A stretch of 64,000 nucleotides of DNA, taken from contig OX597836.1 in assembly GCA_951406725.2 (NCBI GenBank), positions 14,694,001 to 14,758,000 on the forward strand, written 5' to 3'. The notes beneath the pieces are model-generated. The model was not told the DNA's origin. It made no database searches and saw only the letters and a list, made by a program, of their open reading frames with translations. The position numbers were made by a program, and so were the translations under genes. Source of the DNA: Octopus vulgaris (Eukaryota). Below, one piece after another: positions 30,490 through 45,304 of the stretch; within the stretch, counting starts at the first letter, position 1; each line of letters starts with the position of its first letter.

Positions 30490-32670
30490 GTATAACCAAT
30501 GCGTTACACACTCAGCACACAATACAACAAAAGACTGCATCACACCTCAAGAGATGACCAACGCCATTACGTTGAAGTAGCTCGCATTGTCAATACAGAT
30601 CTGCCGCATCCTTGTTCGCGCAGGATGCCTTTCAACTTCCTCGTTCCCGCAGAGTCTCTATATACAGAAGAGATGAAAGGGAACAAAGGTGACAAACCGA
30701 ATGCATGATACTGAAAGTTTCCTGTTGGTTGCTATTTACTCTGACCACCGTGCATATGCTGTTGTGAGGACAACAGCCAAGTATTTTTTTATTTCTTTAC
30801 TACCCACAAGGGGCTAAACAGAGAGAGGACAAACAAGGACAGACAAACGGATTAAGTCGATTATATTGACCCCAGAGCGTAACTGGTACTTATTTAATCG
30901 ACTCCGAAAGGATGAAAGGCAAAGTCAACCTCGGCGGAATTTGAACTCGGAACGTAACGGCAGACGAAATACGGCTACGCATTTCGCCCGGCGTGCTAAC
31001 GTTTCTGCCAGCTCACCGCCAAGTATTGGTGGTCGACTCACTCGAAGGCTTTCGATTGATCTAAGTTGATCAAGTCTCCACACATGCTAGGTTCCTTGTC
31101 CTACTCTGTAGTGAACCCCTTGAGGTGGAGATTGTCGTGTGCCAGCTTGAATATGCGCCAGCTCGAACGGATCTTTATCCGTTCGAGCTGGCCGTTGTTT
31201 GCACATTACTACAATTACAGACCACAATCGAGAACCTCTTCGCAAACACTGGGCCGAAATCTTAAAATATGTATTTTGTAGAGTTAAGGGCCGAAAACTA
31301 TCAAGGCGGTCCCTACGTTTCGGTCCTTTCTAGGTAGTGCTACTACTTCTCAGCTCAAAGAACCAGGATTCTTCTAAGGTGTCTTCGAGCAAGTCTAGCG
31401 TGTAAAAGCAGTGATTTGCTCCTCATGTAGCTAGACATTGCTTCTTGTATTTCCATGCCTATTATTGGTTTTTCGCCACAATTCACCTCCATTTACGAGA
31501 CACGTGGCAGGCTGTCGAAATAAACACTGAAACAAAATGCTGCCGAATACCCGCACACAAGCTTGGGATCGATTAGCAGACGTTCATCCTTGTCCGCCAA
31601 ATACCGAATTGTGATATTTTTGCCACGTTGTGCCACTATCAAACGGCCTCATCGAACGGCTTTCCTTTCTTTGTGTCCTAGAACACTCACCTTAACTCTG
31701 AAAAAGTGTTCTTTATGCTTTACGCTGCAGAAATGACCGAAGACCAGTCTCATCGAATATCGGCCGGGAAGCCTTTTCTAATTTCCTCTTCTAATCTACT
31801 AACTAGGACTCCCTCTATTGTAGTTTTCTTTATCGCTGCTTCCTTATTAGACCTTATCAATTCTACACTAGTTGCCCTTTTCAGTGGGAACAGCCATTTG
31901 TTGTTGACGATTGCTACCGTCAACACCCGCTTAACTCATTCGCTAACCCGCTCTTTGTAAACTTGGTGCACCGAGCAAAACGCGTTCAGCTTTCTAGTAA
32001 CTGGGTCCCTACAAACGATACCTCCTTAAGATCAAAACTTTGCAATCTGTGTCGCCGACCACTTTAGATTGTGGACAACCTACATCAACTCTATTCGCTG
32101 GCCTGCTTGATACTCTCTGTTGATGCGATCTGGAGGACACGATACATTTGTCCGCGTTCTCATAGGTACATTCGAAAAACTCAGTAAATAACTGTCAGAC
32201 AGCTGGAAACATCTGAGTAGGTTTGCGAGGCCTTCACACCCTCTCAACTATCAGCTAATCTCATGCAGTACAAGATGGCGTTCCAATCACCTATTAACAC
32301 TAGAAAGCAGGACGTTTTTAGAATGTTCTCTAGACGCCAGAAGAAATTTGGCCACTCTTCCCTGTTCGCGTACAGGTGACTACTCATCGAAAGGTATGGC
32401 CTTCGCTGCTGATTACGTCCAACCAACATATATTTTGAGTCCAAGAAGATAGTCTGTATCGCAAATCCACATCATTCCGAAACAACACAGTGATTCTGTA
32501 ATATACTTAGTAATTGTCGAAGATGAGCAGAAATTTTAATCACGCTAATGGCTACCACATCTATATCGAGTAACCTGAAGTCGTTGAGCAGACGGTCTTG
32601 CTTCGAAGGTGACACCAAAATCGTTCACGCTATCTATGCCGAGTAAGGCCATGTTAGACAACAGGAGAAA
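30490..32670 (-). pseudogene. Heavily decayed L1/Tx1-clade LINE ORF2 (APE endonuclease plus reverse transcriptase), interrupted by a SINE
   Basis: Motifs in order on the minus strand: SKQDRLLNDFRLLDIDVVAIS (~32550-32605), LVLIGDWNAIL (~32275-32305), GPSY*KLN (~31985-32008), FRPLTLQNTYFKIS (~31253-31295), LINLDQSKAFE*VDHQYL (~31020-31075). Confidence 0.8.
30786..31020 (-). mobile_element. SINE family B, full length, inserted in the LINE
   Basis: Matches 37875-38105. TSD (GCC)AAGTATT at 30776-30785 and 31018-31027. Confidence 0.93.
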
Positions 32671-33154
32671 GGTGAATAGAACTACATGCCTTATTCTTGG
32701 GGAAGGAGAAGTGTTATGGCCCTCCGACTAGTTGTGGGCATTTCCTCGAGTAAAGTTTTGTATGGTCCTTTGTCAATATCCCTTCGGAAATTTGTCATTC
32801 CGTCGGGATATTTTGATTTTAATTTGTTGTAAGTTTCTTGAATTGCTTTTAGAATTAGTACGCGTTGGCATCTCATTTCTTAGTGTACTGAAGTCATTGT
32901 GTGTGATGTATGCTTTTTGATGTATCCGATTCATTCATTTTAGTTATTCTTGTTTTTGCCTTTGCCTAAGGCAGAATAATTAATTCTTATTCGCTGGTGG
33001 AGGTGTTAGTGGCTGGCGTGAATTAAGCTGTGGTCATGGTGTCTGTGGTGATGTCATCATTGGAGCTTCTAGGCATCCTACACTCCGCTACGTCCCGCAG
33101 TTACTGTACTCCTGGAATCTCTGTTATTGTCCAATGTCTCAGATGACGATAATG

Positions 33155-33188
<34 letters not shown>

Positions 33189-34440
33189 CAACGACGATGA
33201 CGATGATGATTATGACGATGAGGAGGAGGATGACCGCGAAGATGACGATGTCGGCGATTACTGAAGCAACGACGACAACAACAGCAACAACAACAATAGT
33301 GGTTTATAATTGAGGCTGAAGGCAAACAATTCTATGGAGGAGGGGTTAAACGATGACTTAACGATAATGATGGTGATGATGATGACGACGACGACGACGA
33401 CGATGATGATGATGATGATGATGATGAATTAGTTAGAGTTTGCAATAGAGGGAGCAAGAAGAAGAAGAAGAAGAAGAAGAAGAAGAAGAAGAAGAAGAAG
33501 AAGAAGAAGAAGAAGAAGAAGAAGAAGAAGAAGAAGAAGGATGAAGGATGATGATAAAACAACTATAATGGTGGTAATAATAAATGGTTGGTCATAAGTT
33601 ATTCATTGAATGTTTTTTTTTCTTTCTTTGTGCCGAGTAAGAATAAATATAAATTCTTCTGCGAAAAAAAAAAAAACGAAAAAAAAAAGAGCAAAAGAAA
33701 AAAAAGCAGTGAAAATAAAATTAAACTCCATCATCGGAATAAAATAACTAAGAGGTTTTCATTGGCCGAAACCAAACATGTTTATAGTTTCTTGCTCTCC
33801 GTTCACCTGATTTTCGTTTCCGCTTGTATAAGTTTTTCAGTAAACCATCCATCAGAGTCTTAATAACCACCAACATTGTTACAGATATTCTAAATGCGGC
33901 CATTTGCAATAAGCAACAATAATTTCGAACGGGCTTCAAAAACAAAAACAAAAACAAAAAGGAGAGGAAGAACAAATACACATACACACACACATACACA
34001 CATATAGAAACGTACACTAATACTTCTACACACTCATCCATACTCACGTACACACGTACACGCTCTGATAACTCACGTACAGACACGTGCACATTCACGC
34101 ATTCACGCACTCACACGCACACATACAGATCTGTGTTAACATTTACATCTACGCCTCCATATCTATTCTATTACCATAGATAAATATACACACATACTTG
34201 CACACGTACACAGACATATATTACCATTATGTATACGTGTGCGTATGCGACTGTGTGTGTGTGCGTGTTTGTACGTATGCATGAATAATGTGAACAATAC
34301 GTATAATTTATATAAATGATATATATATGTGTGTATGTATATGTGTATATATGTATATATTTGTACATATAATGCTATACATATATATGATAGAATATAT
34401 ATATATACATATACAATTACATGTATATATTAGTATATAG

Positions 34441-34537
<97 letters not shown>

Positions 34538-34798
34538 AGATACACATGAGCACACTTATGTACATACACACCAATGCGTATATATATATATACATATATA
34601 TACACTCACACACAAAGGAGCACACGGTAAAGATCATGAGTGCTGGCCATCACTACCAGCGTCGCCACTCCTAATTTTTTGTTTAGTGTTTGCTTTGCTT
34701 TGAGTTTCATACATAGAGATACACACACACATGTTTAGATACATATATTACATTTATATATACATATATACATACACATACACACACGCGCACATTTA

Positions 34799-34858
<60 letters not shown>

Positions 34859-35639
34859 TATATACACGTTTATATATTTGTTATTTCTGTCTACCCGCCT
34901 TCTTCACGACCATCGATCGCCAAAAGCAAGCATTCTTAATCTCGCCAGACGCTATTAATTTTTACCTTTTACCCCTCTCTTTCTCTCCCTTACTCTCTCT
35001 CTCTCTCTCTCTCACTCTCTCCCTCCCCCTTTCCCTAACATAATCACTCAAATATATTCACTCATACACACACATACACATACATACACCAATACACGTA
35101 CAACAACACACAAACATACACATTCATCTTATTCCATTTACCCTTACACAACGCAAGGTCTTTTTTTCTTCCTTCAATGACTAAAGATTTCGGACGGAGG
35201 TTTGTGTTGTTGCCTCTGTTTCTGTTGTTGTTGCTGTTGCTGTTAATTTTATTTATTTATTATTTATTTTGTATTTATTTTATTGCTATTTTTTTTTTTG
35301 CTCTATTCTACCCTCACCTTCTAACGTCTTCCCCACTTGCACCCCATCCAAATCAACACATCTAATTCCCTCTCCGTCGCCGCCAACATCCATCAACAAC
35401 GACAATAACCGCTATTGCCCGCCTAACCAACCCCTCCACCAATAACAGTATCCAGTCACTGAACATCCGTTAACGACCAACACTAATTTGCTGGGCCAGT
35501 TACCACTGGAAAAAATCAAAATTAATTTGACACACACCCAAATATGTTTCATTTTAACCCGAACAAACAAACAAACACACAAGCAAACAAACAAAACAAA
35601 ACAAACTACTACTAACACAAATAATATTATATTGACAAT

Positions 35640-35717
35640 AACAACACTAACAACAACAACAAAGTCTACGACGACGACGGCAGCGATATTTACAGTAATA
35701 ATAAAATTAATGGTCAT

Positions 35718-35748
<31 letters not shown>

Positions 35749-36107
35749 ACAACGATAAAGATGACGATGATTATCATCATCATCTTACTCCTCCTTCTCC
35801 TCTTCATCATCATCATCATCATTGTCATCATCATCATCATCATCATCATCATTTTCGTCATCATCATCATCATCATCGTTGTCGTCTTCCTCATCATCAC
35901 CATCCCCGTTGTCATCATCATCAACATCATCATTGTCATCGTGGTCGTCACCGTTTTTACTGTCAGCATCAATGTAGGCGAAGATGCTGATGATGATGGT
36001 GATGCTGATGGTGTTGATGATGATGATGATTACCTATGATGCTGAAGGTGGTGATGGTGATGGTGGTTAGTGATGACGAGGATGAAGAAGAAGAAGACGA
36101 AGAAGAA

Positions 36108-36149
<42 letters not shown>

Positions 36150-36185
36150 GAAGAAGAAGAAGAAGAAGAAGAAGAAAGTGATAAC

Positions 36186-36233
<48 letters not shown>

Positions 36234-36244
36234 GATGATGGTGG

Positions 36245-36301
<57 letters not shown>

Positions 36302-36395
36302 CGACGATGACGATGATGATGATGATGATGATGATGATGACGACGATGACGATGATGACGGCAATGGGTGTCGTGGTGGTGGTGGTAGTGATGAA
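35640..36395. repeat. (CAT)n / (GAT)n / (GAA)n compound microsatellite
   Basis: Direct reading of the sequence. Confidence 0.9.
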
Positions 36396-36955
36396 AGAGA
36401 ATAAGAAAGAAAATAAAAGGCGAAGAAATTCATTTAATCAGAGACACGAATTTTATTGAAAATTTCCTTACACACACACACACACTTACACAATGCATAC
36501 AAGCACACACATACATTCAAGAACACACACACACATATACATTTATGTATACACATCCACACACATACACGCACGCACACACATTCATATATACACATAT
36601 ACACATATACACAACACACACAACCCATAATCACTTCTTACCGCATCGACCCTATCACCTCTGCTCCTTCCTCTCTTTCTCTCACCTTACTCTCCATTCT
36701 TCCACTCTCTCTCTCTCTCACTTACTGCTCTCTCTAACTATCATTCCCTTTCTCTCCACTACCCCCTCTCACTTCTCTATTATCTCAACCTCCCCCCTCC
36801 CTTGTATGCTCTGCTCTACCTCTTACTATTCCTCCTATCTTTTCTCCTTAATTTCTCTCCGTTTTATTCTCCTTGCTCTCCCTTTTATTTCACATCTAGC
36901 ACCTTGTAGTACATGCATACATACAAATATATGTGTGCGTGTATGTACGTTTATA

Positions 36956-36995
<40 letters not shown>

Positions 36996-37231
36996 TAGGC
37001 ATATACATACATATATATATGTATATATACATAAGTATATGTATACATATACTTATGTATATATACATATATATATATGTATGTATATGCCTATATATGT
37101 ATATATATATATGTATACATATATAATATATATATGTGTGTATGTATGTATGTATGTATGTATATATACATACATGCATATATACATACACATATACAGG
37201 TATATAAATATATATATATGCATATATACAA

Positions 37232-37267
<36 letters not shown>

Positions 37268-37874
37268 GCACTTACTTACACACACACACATGCATTTATA
37301 AACTCGTCAATTCTTGCTGCTCCCACTTACTTCTCGCGATCTATCAACTCGCACTCTAATATCGATTCATTCTTCCTTCCAACATACTTTCTCATCGCTA
37401 TCATCATCCTCATCAGCATCCTCATCATCATCTTCACCCCCCTCGTCCTCCTCCTCATCATCATCGTTATCATAACCGTCGTCAACGTCATCGTCTTCAT
37501 CACCTTTGTTATGCCCATCCTGCTAGTCATCATCATCATCATAATCATCAGCTTTACCACCACCACCACCACCACACCGTCACCACCACCACTACCACCG
37601 CCATCATCATCATCGCCGTTGTCATCATCATCATCATCGCCATCGCGGATTTCATCATCATCACCACCACTACCACCATCCTCATCATCATCATCATGAC
37701 CATAATCATCACCACCATCATCATCATCGTCTCTGTCTCACTTCTCTCATAGAATTGCTAATACGGGTGTTCCAGTCCAGCATGTCTGGAATTGATTGCA
37801 GTTTTGGTGTTCTTCAAAATGATGGCCGTGTTCTTGGTGTTGAAGTCAATGGTATTTCAATGGTATGTCAACAG

Positions 37875-38105
37875 GGCGGCGAGCTGGCAGAATCATTAGC
37901 ATGCCGGGCGAAATGCGTAGCCGTATTTCGTCTGCCGCTACGTTCTGAGTTCAAATTCCGCCGAGGTCGACTTTGCCTTTCATCCTTTCGGGGTCGATAA
38001 ATTAAGTACCAGTTACGCACTGGGGTCGATGCAATCGACTTAATACCTATGTCTGTCCTTGTTTGTCCCCCCTGTGTTTAGCCCCTTGTGGGTAATAAAG
38101 AAATA
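37875..38105 (+). mobile_element. SINE family B, full length
   Basis: Head GGCGGCGAGCTGGCAGAATC (A box) and GAGTTCAAATTCC (B box). TSD GGTATGTCAA at 37862-37871 and 38106-38115. Confidence 0.94.
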
Positions 38106-38422
38106 GGTATGTCAATGGTAGTTTGGTGTGGTGCTGCTTTAGGATGGCAATTCTGTTGGTAATTGTTCTTGTCGATGGGGACGTCAATGGTGGTGTTGGT
38201 AGTGGTGGTGGTGGTGGTGTTGGTGATGGCGGTGGTGGTGGATGTGGTGATGGTGGTGTGTTGTAGTGATGTGTGTCATTTTGATGGTGGTGGTAGAGGT
38301 GTTCTTAATGATGGTTGATCTCTGACACTGGTAAGAGCTGAGACAGACGAAGATATCCTCAAACCAGAGACGGGTAACCTATTCAGAGTGCCCAGTAGTA
38401 GTAGTACTAGTAGTAGTAGTAA

Positions 38423-38463
<41 letters not shown>

Positions 38464-38610
38464 ATCCTTTCTACTAAAATCATAAGGCATGAACATTTGG
38501 GAACGAGGCAAGTCGATTACATCGACCCCAGAGTTTCGCTGGTACTTAATGATTTTTATCGACCTCGGCGGAATCTGAACTCAGTGCATAAAGACAAACG
38601 AAATGAACTG
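38464..38610 (-). mobile_element. SINE family B short-tail fragment with internal deletion
   Basis: agtcgattacatcgaccccag...ctggtacttaat...tcgacctcggcggaat. Confidence 0.75.
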
Positions 38611-38829
38611 AGTAGGACTTGAACTCAAGGGAGCATAAAAAGGCGGAACAAATATCGCAAAGCCTCTGTTTCGACGTTACAACGACTCCGCCTATCCGCC
38701 GCCTGCAGCAACGAGAGATTTGGTGGTGGTGGTGGTGGTGGTGGTGGTGAAGTTGGTTGTTACTGTTATTGGCGGTGGTGGTCATGGCATATATGTTGGG
38801 GAAGTTACTATTGTTATTGTCGTTCGGTC

Positions 38830-38891
<62 letters not shown>

Positions 38892-39309
38892 TGCAGTAGT
38901 AGTAGTAGTAAATACAGAAGTGGTGGTGGTGGTGATGGTTGGTTTGATTGGTATGAGTAGAATAAGGATAGAGGTGAAAGAGAACAAGCAAGGAAGGGAA
39001 GAAAGACTGAAGGAAGGAAGGAAGGAAGGAAGGAAGGAAGGAAGGCATGGTAACGGCTGCGGGGGTGGAAGCAGAGGCATCGGAGGCATCGGCGGTGTGG
39101 CAGTGGTGGTGGTGGTGCGGCAGCGATCGTAATGGCGAGTTTTGTCGGTATAAGGAGAGCAAGGAGAGAGAAACAAGAGCGAGGAAGGAAGCTGTGGCTC
39201 TGGTTCCGGCGGCGGCGGTGGTAGTGGTGGCGGTGGTGGTGGCGGTGGTGGTGGCGGTGGTGGTGGTTTGGGGACGTTGTGGTGGTGGTGGTGATGGTGG
39301 TGGTGGATG

Positions 39310-39510
39310 TGGTGGCAATAGGGGCAGCGACGGTGTTGGAGATAATGGCGACGGTGGTGCTGGTGGTGGTGGTTGCGGTGGTGGTTTTCGTGGTGGTGGT
39401 GGCGGTGGTGGTAATAGGGGCGGCGACGGTGTTGGGGATGATGGCGACGGTATTGGTGGTGGTGGTGGTGGTTGCGGTGGTGGTTTTCGTGGTGGTGGTG
39501 GCGGTGGTGG
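39310..39510. repeat. Tandem duplication of a ~96-bp GGT-rich unit
   Basis: aataggggc.gcgacggtgttgg.gat.atggcgacggt...ggttgcggtggtggttttcgtgg occurs twice. Confidence 0.85.
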
Positions 39511-40008
39511 AAGTCGATCTATGAGCAATCAAAGGAATACACCCATACAACGTACGTTTTCAATGAAGTGAGCGGGTAATGTGCTGAGTATTCCTTGGCG
39601 ACGCTTTAAAGGAATGTTGTAATGATTACATTTTACCGTTTCCTCCCCCCCCCACACCCACACCCACACACCACCGCCACCACCACCACCGCCACCGCTA
39701 GCACACGCTGTTATCAACATAAACACACACACACACACACACATACATGTGTGTGTGCATGCGTGTGTGTTTGTGCGTTTATGTATATGTGTTTGTGTTT
39801 GTGTGTGTGCGCTTGTGAGTGCTTGTATGATAGGCACGCATGCATATATACCCACTCACATGAATGTACACATGCCCTACACATAACTACATGTACGTAT
39901 ACACACGCAACTAATTATTACACGCACATACCATACACACACCACGCACTTATACATACATACATACACATATACTTGCATACGACAATGTCTCTCTGTC
40001 TCTGAATG

Positions 40009-40044
<36 letters not shown>

Positions 40045-40110
40045 GAATCAGTCTATCTATCTATTTGTCAGTCTATCCATCCATCCATCTATCCATCCAT
40101 CTATCCATCC

Positions 40111-40214
<104 letters not shown>

Positions 40215-40422
40215 GTATGCATGTATGTATGCATATATGTGTATGTATATATATATATATGTATATATATATGTATATATATATATATATATAACGGTAA
40301 GCTTTATGAAAATAGACAAAAGACGAAGGCAGGTTTACGGAAATAAACAAAAGACGAAGGCAGGTGGAATACAAACAAACAATTGTATTAGTATGGCGCT
40401 CAGGAAATATAAATGAAACAAG

Positions 40423-40460
40423 CCTTTAACGTTTCGAGCCTACGCTCTTCAACAGAAAGA
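40423..40460 (-). ncRNA. Minimal type-I hammerhead-like motif (PLE type), with A6 changed to U
   Basis: TCTTT CTGTTGA A GAGC-gtag-GCTC GAA ACGT T AAAGG. Confidence 0.55.
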
Positions 40461-40583
40461 TACACAGAGAAAAAAACACAGAATGAAGGAGAGAAAAAAA
40501 TGCGTGCAAAAGCTAGCGAATCAACATTCATTTATCTATGTCTACGTATTTACATGTATGTGTATGCGTGTGTGTTAGTAGGC

Positions 40584-40671
<88 letters not shown>

Positions 40672-40838
40672 AGTATGTATGTAGGTAGGTATGTAGGTAG
40701 GTAAGTACGTACGTATGTGGGTGGGTATATATCTGTACAGAGATGGGTTATTTTTTTTAACCAAAGGGCGCATTACTTGGTGTTTCATGGAAATGCGGAA
40801 ACCTAATTCCCTGATCGTTCGTAAACTGCTTCCTGGGT

Positions 40839-40885
<47 letters not shown>

Positions 40886-41230
40886 TTAATTTATCTTTCT
40901 ATGTATTTATCTCTATATCTGTCTATCAATCGCTCATTCTCTTTCTCTCCCAGTTTTTCAATTCCTTTTTCTGTCCCTCTCTTTCTCAGTATGTATGCAT
41001 GTGTATATGCTTGAGTGTGTTCGTTTTTAGTAGGAAAAGGTTGGCAGTTACTTCGAAAGTAACTGAAAGACGAAGGCTTTTAAACCGAAACGTAGAAGTT
41101 ACTGCCAACATCTTCCTTGTAAAAATTTGATTCTGCATTTAGTGGTATCCATCTTTCCGTTAATGTTTAACTATTTTCATATATAAGAGATAGACATACG
41201 ATAGATATATATAGATAGATATAGATATAT

Positions 41231-41288
<58 letters not shown>

Positions 41289-42024
41289 TGGTATCGACTG
41301 GAGAAGAGGGAAAATATGTAGTTGTGAGAAGAGACAAAGAAAATGGGGGAAATGTATATAAACAATTCGAGTTATCTTTTTAAAAATGTAATATAGAAGG
41401 AGAGAGAGGAGAGAGAGAGAGAGAAGGGAGGACAAATAGCGGCAGAGAAAGGTAAAGAGAGAAACGAAGAGAGAGGGAAAAGTTGAAGGTATAGTTAAAG
41501 GATAATAATATTAATAATAATAAAGAATCGAAGAAAGGAAAAAATGTTTGGCGTATAGCTTTAGTTGTCGGTGTTGGTTAAAGCAAACTAAATAACTAAA
41601 CAGTAGAAGTGTAAGGAAGAAAAGCGAGAAAGACATGGAGAGAAGAGAAGAAGAGGAGAGAAAAGAGAGTGAATTTAGTCAGTAAAAATGAAAATGCAAT
41701 AAGAAAAACAGTGTCGTCTGCTTGATAAAAAATGATTGAGCTAACCAAAGCTAAACTAATATACTTTTAGTTTAAAGCTTTTGGTCGATGGTTTTTCGCA
41801 CGAAGGAACTTAATTTTCTATTCAGTGTTGTTTAGATACGATTTAGCCATTTTATTTAACATGAAGCCATTCAGTTTATTTTCTTTTTCTTCATTTTTTG
41901 TTTCGTTTTTTGTTTTTTATCTTTGGTTTCTACTCAATTTATCAATCGGTGAAAGTGACGATATTGGAAACATGGCCGCTTCAAAAAGGTTGGGAAGACA
42001 TGTGTAAAAATAAAGGATGGATAT

Positions 42025-42063
<39 letters not shown>

Positions 42064-42216
42064 TTCTATATTCCTACGCAGGAGTGGAGAGCCATATTTT
42101 TTTAGGTACATAGCAGAATCATAAGAGCTTACAAAAGCTTAAAAATATGTGAGGTTAGAGCACAAATGCCTCAACCCTAAAGAAAAATAGCGAATCACTA
42201 TTTTTTTGTCATTTTA

Positions 42217-42730
42217 TCTATATATATAAAACTGTAGTTGTGTGAGTGTCTGTCCCCTTCGATTTAGATTCCTAACTACTCCCACATTTTGCGGTGCAGT
42301 TTAACCAAATTCGGGTATCTTAGAGTCGTGATTCATATCGAGCCCGTCTGGCTATTAGCGCGCATCTACGATGAGTCTACGATTTTAAAAATAATTTAAC
42401 ATCATTTTTTTATTCCATTTTAATGCATAATTTTTCGTGTGTCGATGGCGGCGGAGTTGGCGTCCATGGTCACACCTGCACCTGTTTGCTTCTCCCCCTT
42501 CTTCCCTCCCTCATGAAGCTGTGGGGAAGGGAGTGTAAGGAAATCAACGTCGTAAAGCGTTGTCAAGGAGACCAGCGTTCTTTTAGAACAACGACTTCAT
42601 GGCTTGAAGACACCAAAACAGAAATGGCTAAGAAAGCTCGAATTGGCATCTATAAGGTAAGTAACTCACTAAAAATGCTTATATAGTTATTTCCCTTACA
42701 AATCCGAGCGACGCCGGGCGATACTGCTAG
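42217..42730 (+). mobile_element. Non-autonomous Helitron
   Basis: 5' end A|TCTATATATATAAAA, subterminal GC hairpin TCCGAGCGACGCCGGG (42703-42718), 3' end CTAG|T, and no TSD. Confidence 0.88.
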
Positions 42731-42749
42731 TTATTAATAATCGGCAATA

Positions 42750-42963
42750 AGGTAGCGAGCTGTCAAAAGCATGCCGGACAAAATGCTTCAAAACATTTTT
42801 TCCGGCTTTTAGTTCAAATTCCACCGAGGTCGACTTTGCTTTTCATCCTTTCGAGCTCGACAAAATAAATACCAGTTAAACACTGGGGTTCGATGTAATC
42901 CGCTCATCCCCTCCCCCCAACCCCAAATTGCTACCCTTGTGGCAAAATTTGAAATTAGTAGTA

Positions 42964-43007
<44 letters not shown>

Positions 43008-43175
43008 TAATGCCTAGAAGTATTTTCTCCGTCTGTGCGTTCCGAGTTCAAATTCCACGCGAGGTAGACTTCGACTTTCATCAATTAGGGGCCGATGAAA
43101 TAAGTACCAGTTGAGTACTGGGGCGATATAACAGACTAGCCTCTTCCCCCACAAACGTTTTAAGCATTATGCCGA
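42750..43175 (+). mobile_element. Two diverged SINE B short-tail copies (about 42750-42955 and 43010-43175) separated by (AGT)n
   Basis: agttcaaattccac.gaggt.gactt.g...aaataa.taccagtt in both. Confidence 0.78.
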
Positions 43176-43331
43176 TTATTAAAAATCGGCAGAAGTTACA
43201 GGGTGACTCGAGTGCCAAGAGTTTCGCACATTGGCACTAATCTATGCAATTACCCTAAAATTTCTTTCTATTTTTATCATATATGGTTTGTGGTTGAAGC
43301 AAATTATATATTCCTTCGCCGTTCTCAAAAA

Positions 43332-43800
43332 TAGCGTTCGTAATACTTTTTCTCGTTCGGCTTAACAGCCCTTCTTGTCTTGTTATTTTCCTTGTCCTGT
43401 CTTTTACTGTTTATATTTTGTACTGTCGTTACTGTCCTGTTTTTGTTACCATTTTTACCCCTCTGCAAAAAGATCTCAAATTTTATTTGATTTGCTTTTC
43501 GCAGGAAGGAAAGTTTCTATCGAAGATACGTCTCGCCTTCACCTTCGAAACGTAGAGTAGATGAAACCATGGCGACTGAAGAAGGGGTTTTTTCCTTGTG
43601 TTATTTGTCCTGTACTCTATATTTTTGTTGTTTAAGAAAAATGTCCAGTTCCTTGGGTTTGTGTCTATGTTTTCGTTTCTCATTGTGTTCGACGTTTTTT
43701 TTTGGTGTCCTGTACTCATATATGCGTGTATATATACATGTAGAGGTAGGTACGTACATATATGTATATATATATATGCATGTTTTATTTATTAATATAT
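43332..43800 (+). mobile_element. Dispersed repeat D, second copy
   Basis: Collinear with 21923-22360 (ggcttaacagccct; gagtagatg; actgaagaagggg; tgtcctgtac.catatatgc). Confidence 0.75.
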
Positions 43801-43845
<45 letters not shown>

Positions 43846-43961
43846 GTTGGCCTGCTCGCTTAGCCAGCGGGGTGGCGTCATTCGAAGGCTAAAACAATGC
43901 AAACGCATTGTGACCAACGATGTGTAGCAACATCTGATGGTCTGGTCGGTCATGTGATCAT

Positions 43962-44831
<870 letters not shown>

Positions 44832-44918
44832 CCAAATTGAAAATTAGATTGTAACTGTGGATAACATCAGTTGGCCGAAACGGCGAATGTACTTTAATCG
44901 TCATACTAATAGGTATAT

Positions 44919-45304
44919 GTGGAGGCGCAATGGCCCAGTGGTTAGGGCAGCGAACTCGCGGTCGTAGGATCGCGGTTTCGATTCCCAGACCGGGCGTTGT
45001 GAGTGTTGATTGAGCGAAAACACCTAAAGCTCCACGAGGCTCCGGCAGGGGATGGTGGCGATCCCTGCTGTACTCTTTCACCACAACTTTCTCTCACTCT
45101 TACTTCCTGTTTCTGTTGTATCTGTATTTCAAAGGGGCCGGCCTTGTCACTCTCTGTGTCACGCTGAATATCCCCGAGAACTACGTTAAGGGTATACACG
45201 TGTCTGTGGAGTGCTCAGCCACTTACACGTTAATTTCACGAGTAGGCTGTTCCGTCGATCGGATCAACCGGAACCCTCGTCGTCGCAACCGACGGAGTGC
45301 TTCC
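44919..45304 (+). mobile_element. SINE family A, full length
   Basis: Reverse complement of 7513-7895. Confidence 0.93.

Noticed and set aside
32691-32876. Possible LINE ORF1 remnant upstream of the L1/Tx1 endonuclease
   Set aside because: The position fits but I see no recognisable motif, so it is left unannotated.
41098-41118. miR-31-like sequence on the minus strand (AGGAAGATGTTGGCAGTAACT) in a hairpin arm
   Set aside because: It lacks the C of the GGCAAGA seed, and the ~40-nt loop does not fit a canonical pre-miRNA. Small-RNA reads would be needed to reopen this.
44919-45000. tRNA gene (A and B boxes present)
   Set aside because: There is no proper acceptor stem, and it continues into a multi-copy body. 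It is a SINE head.
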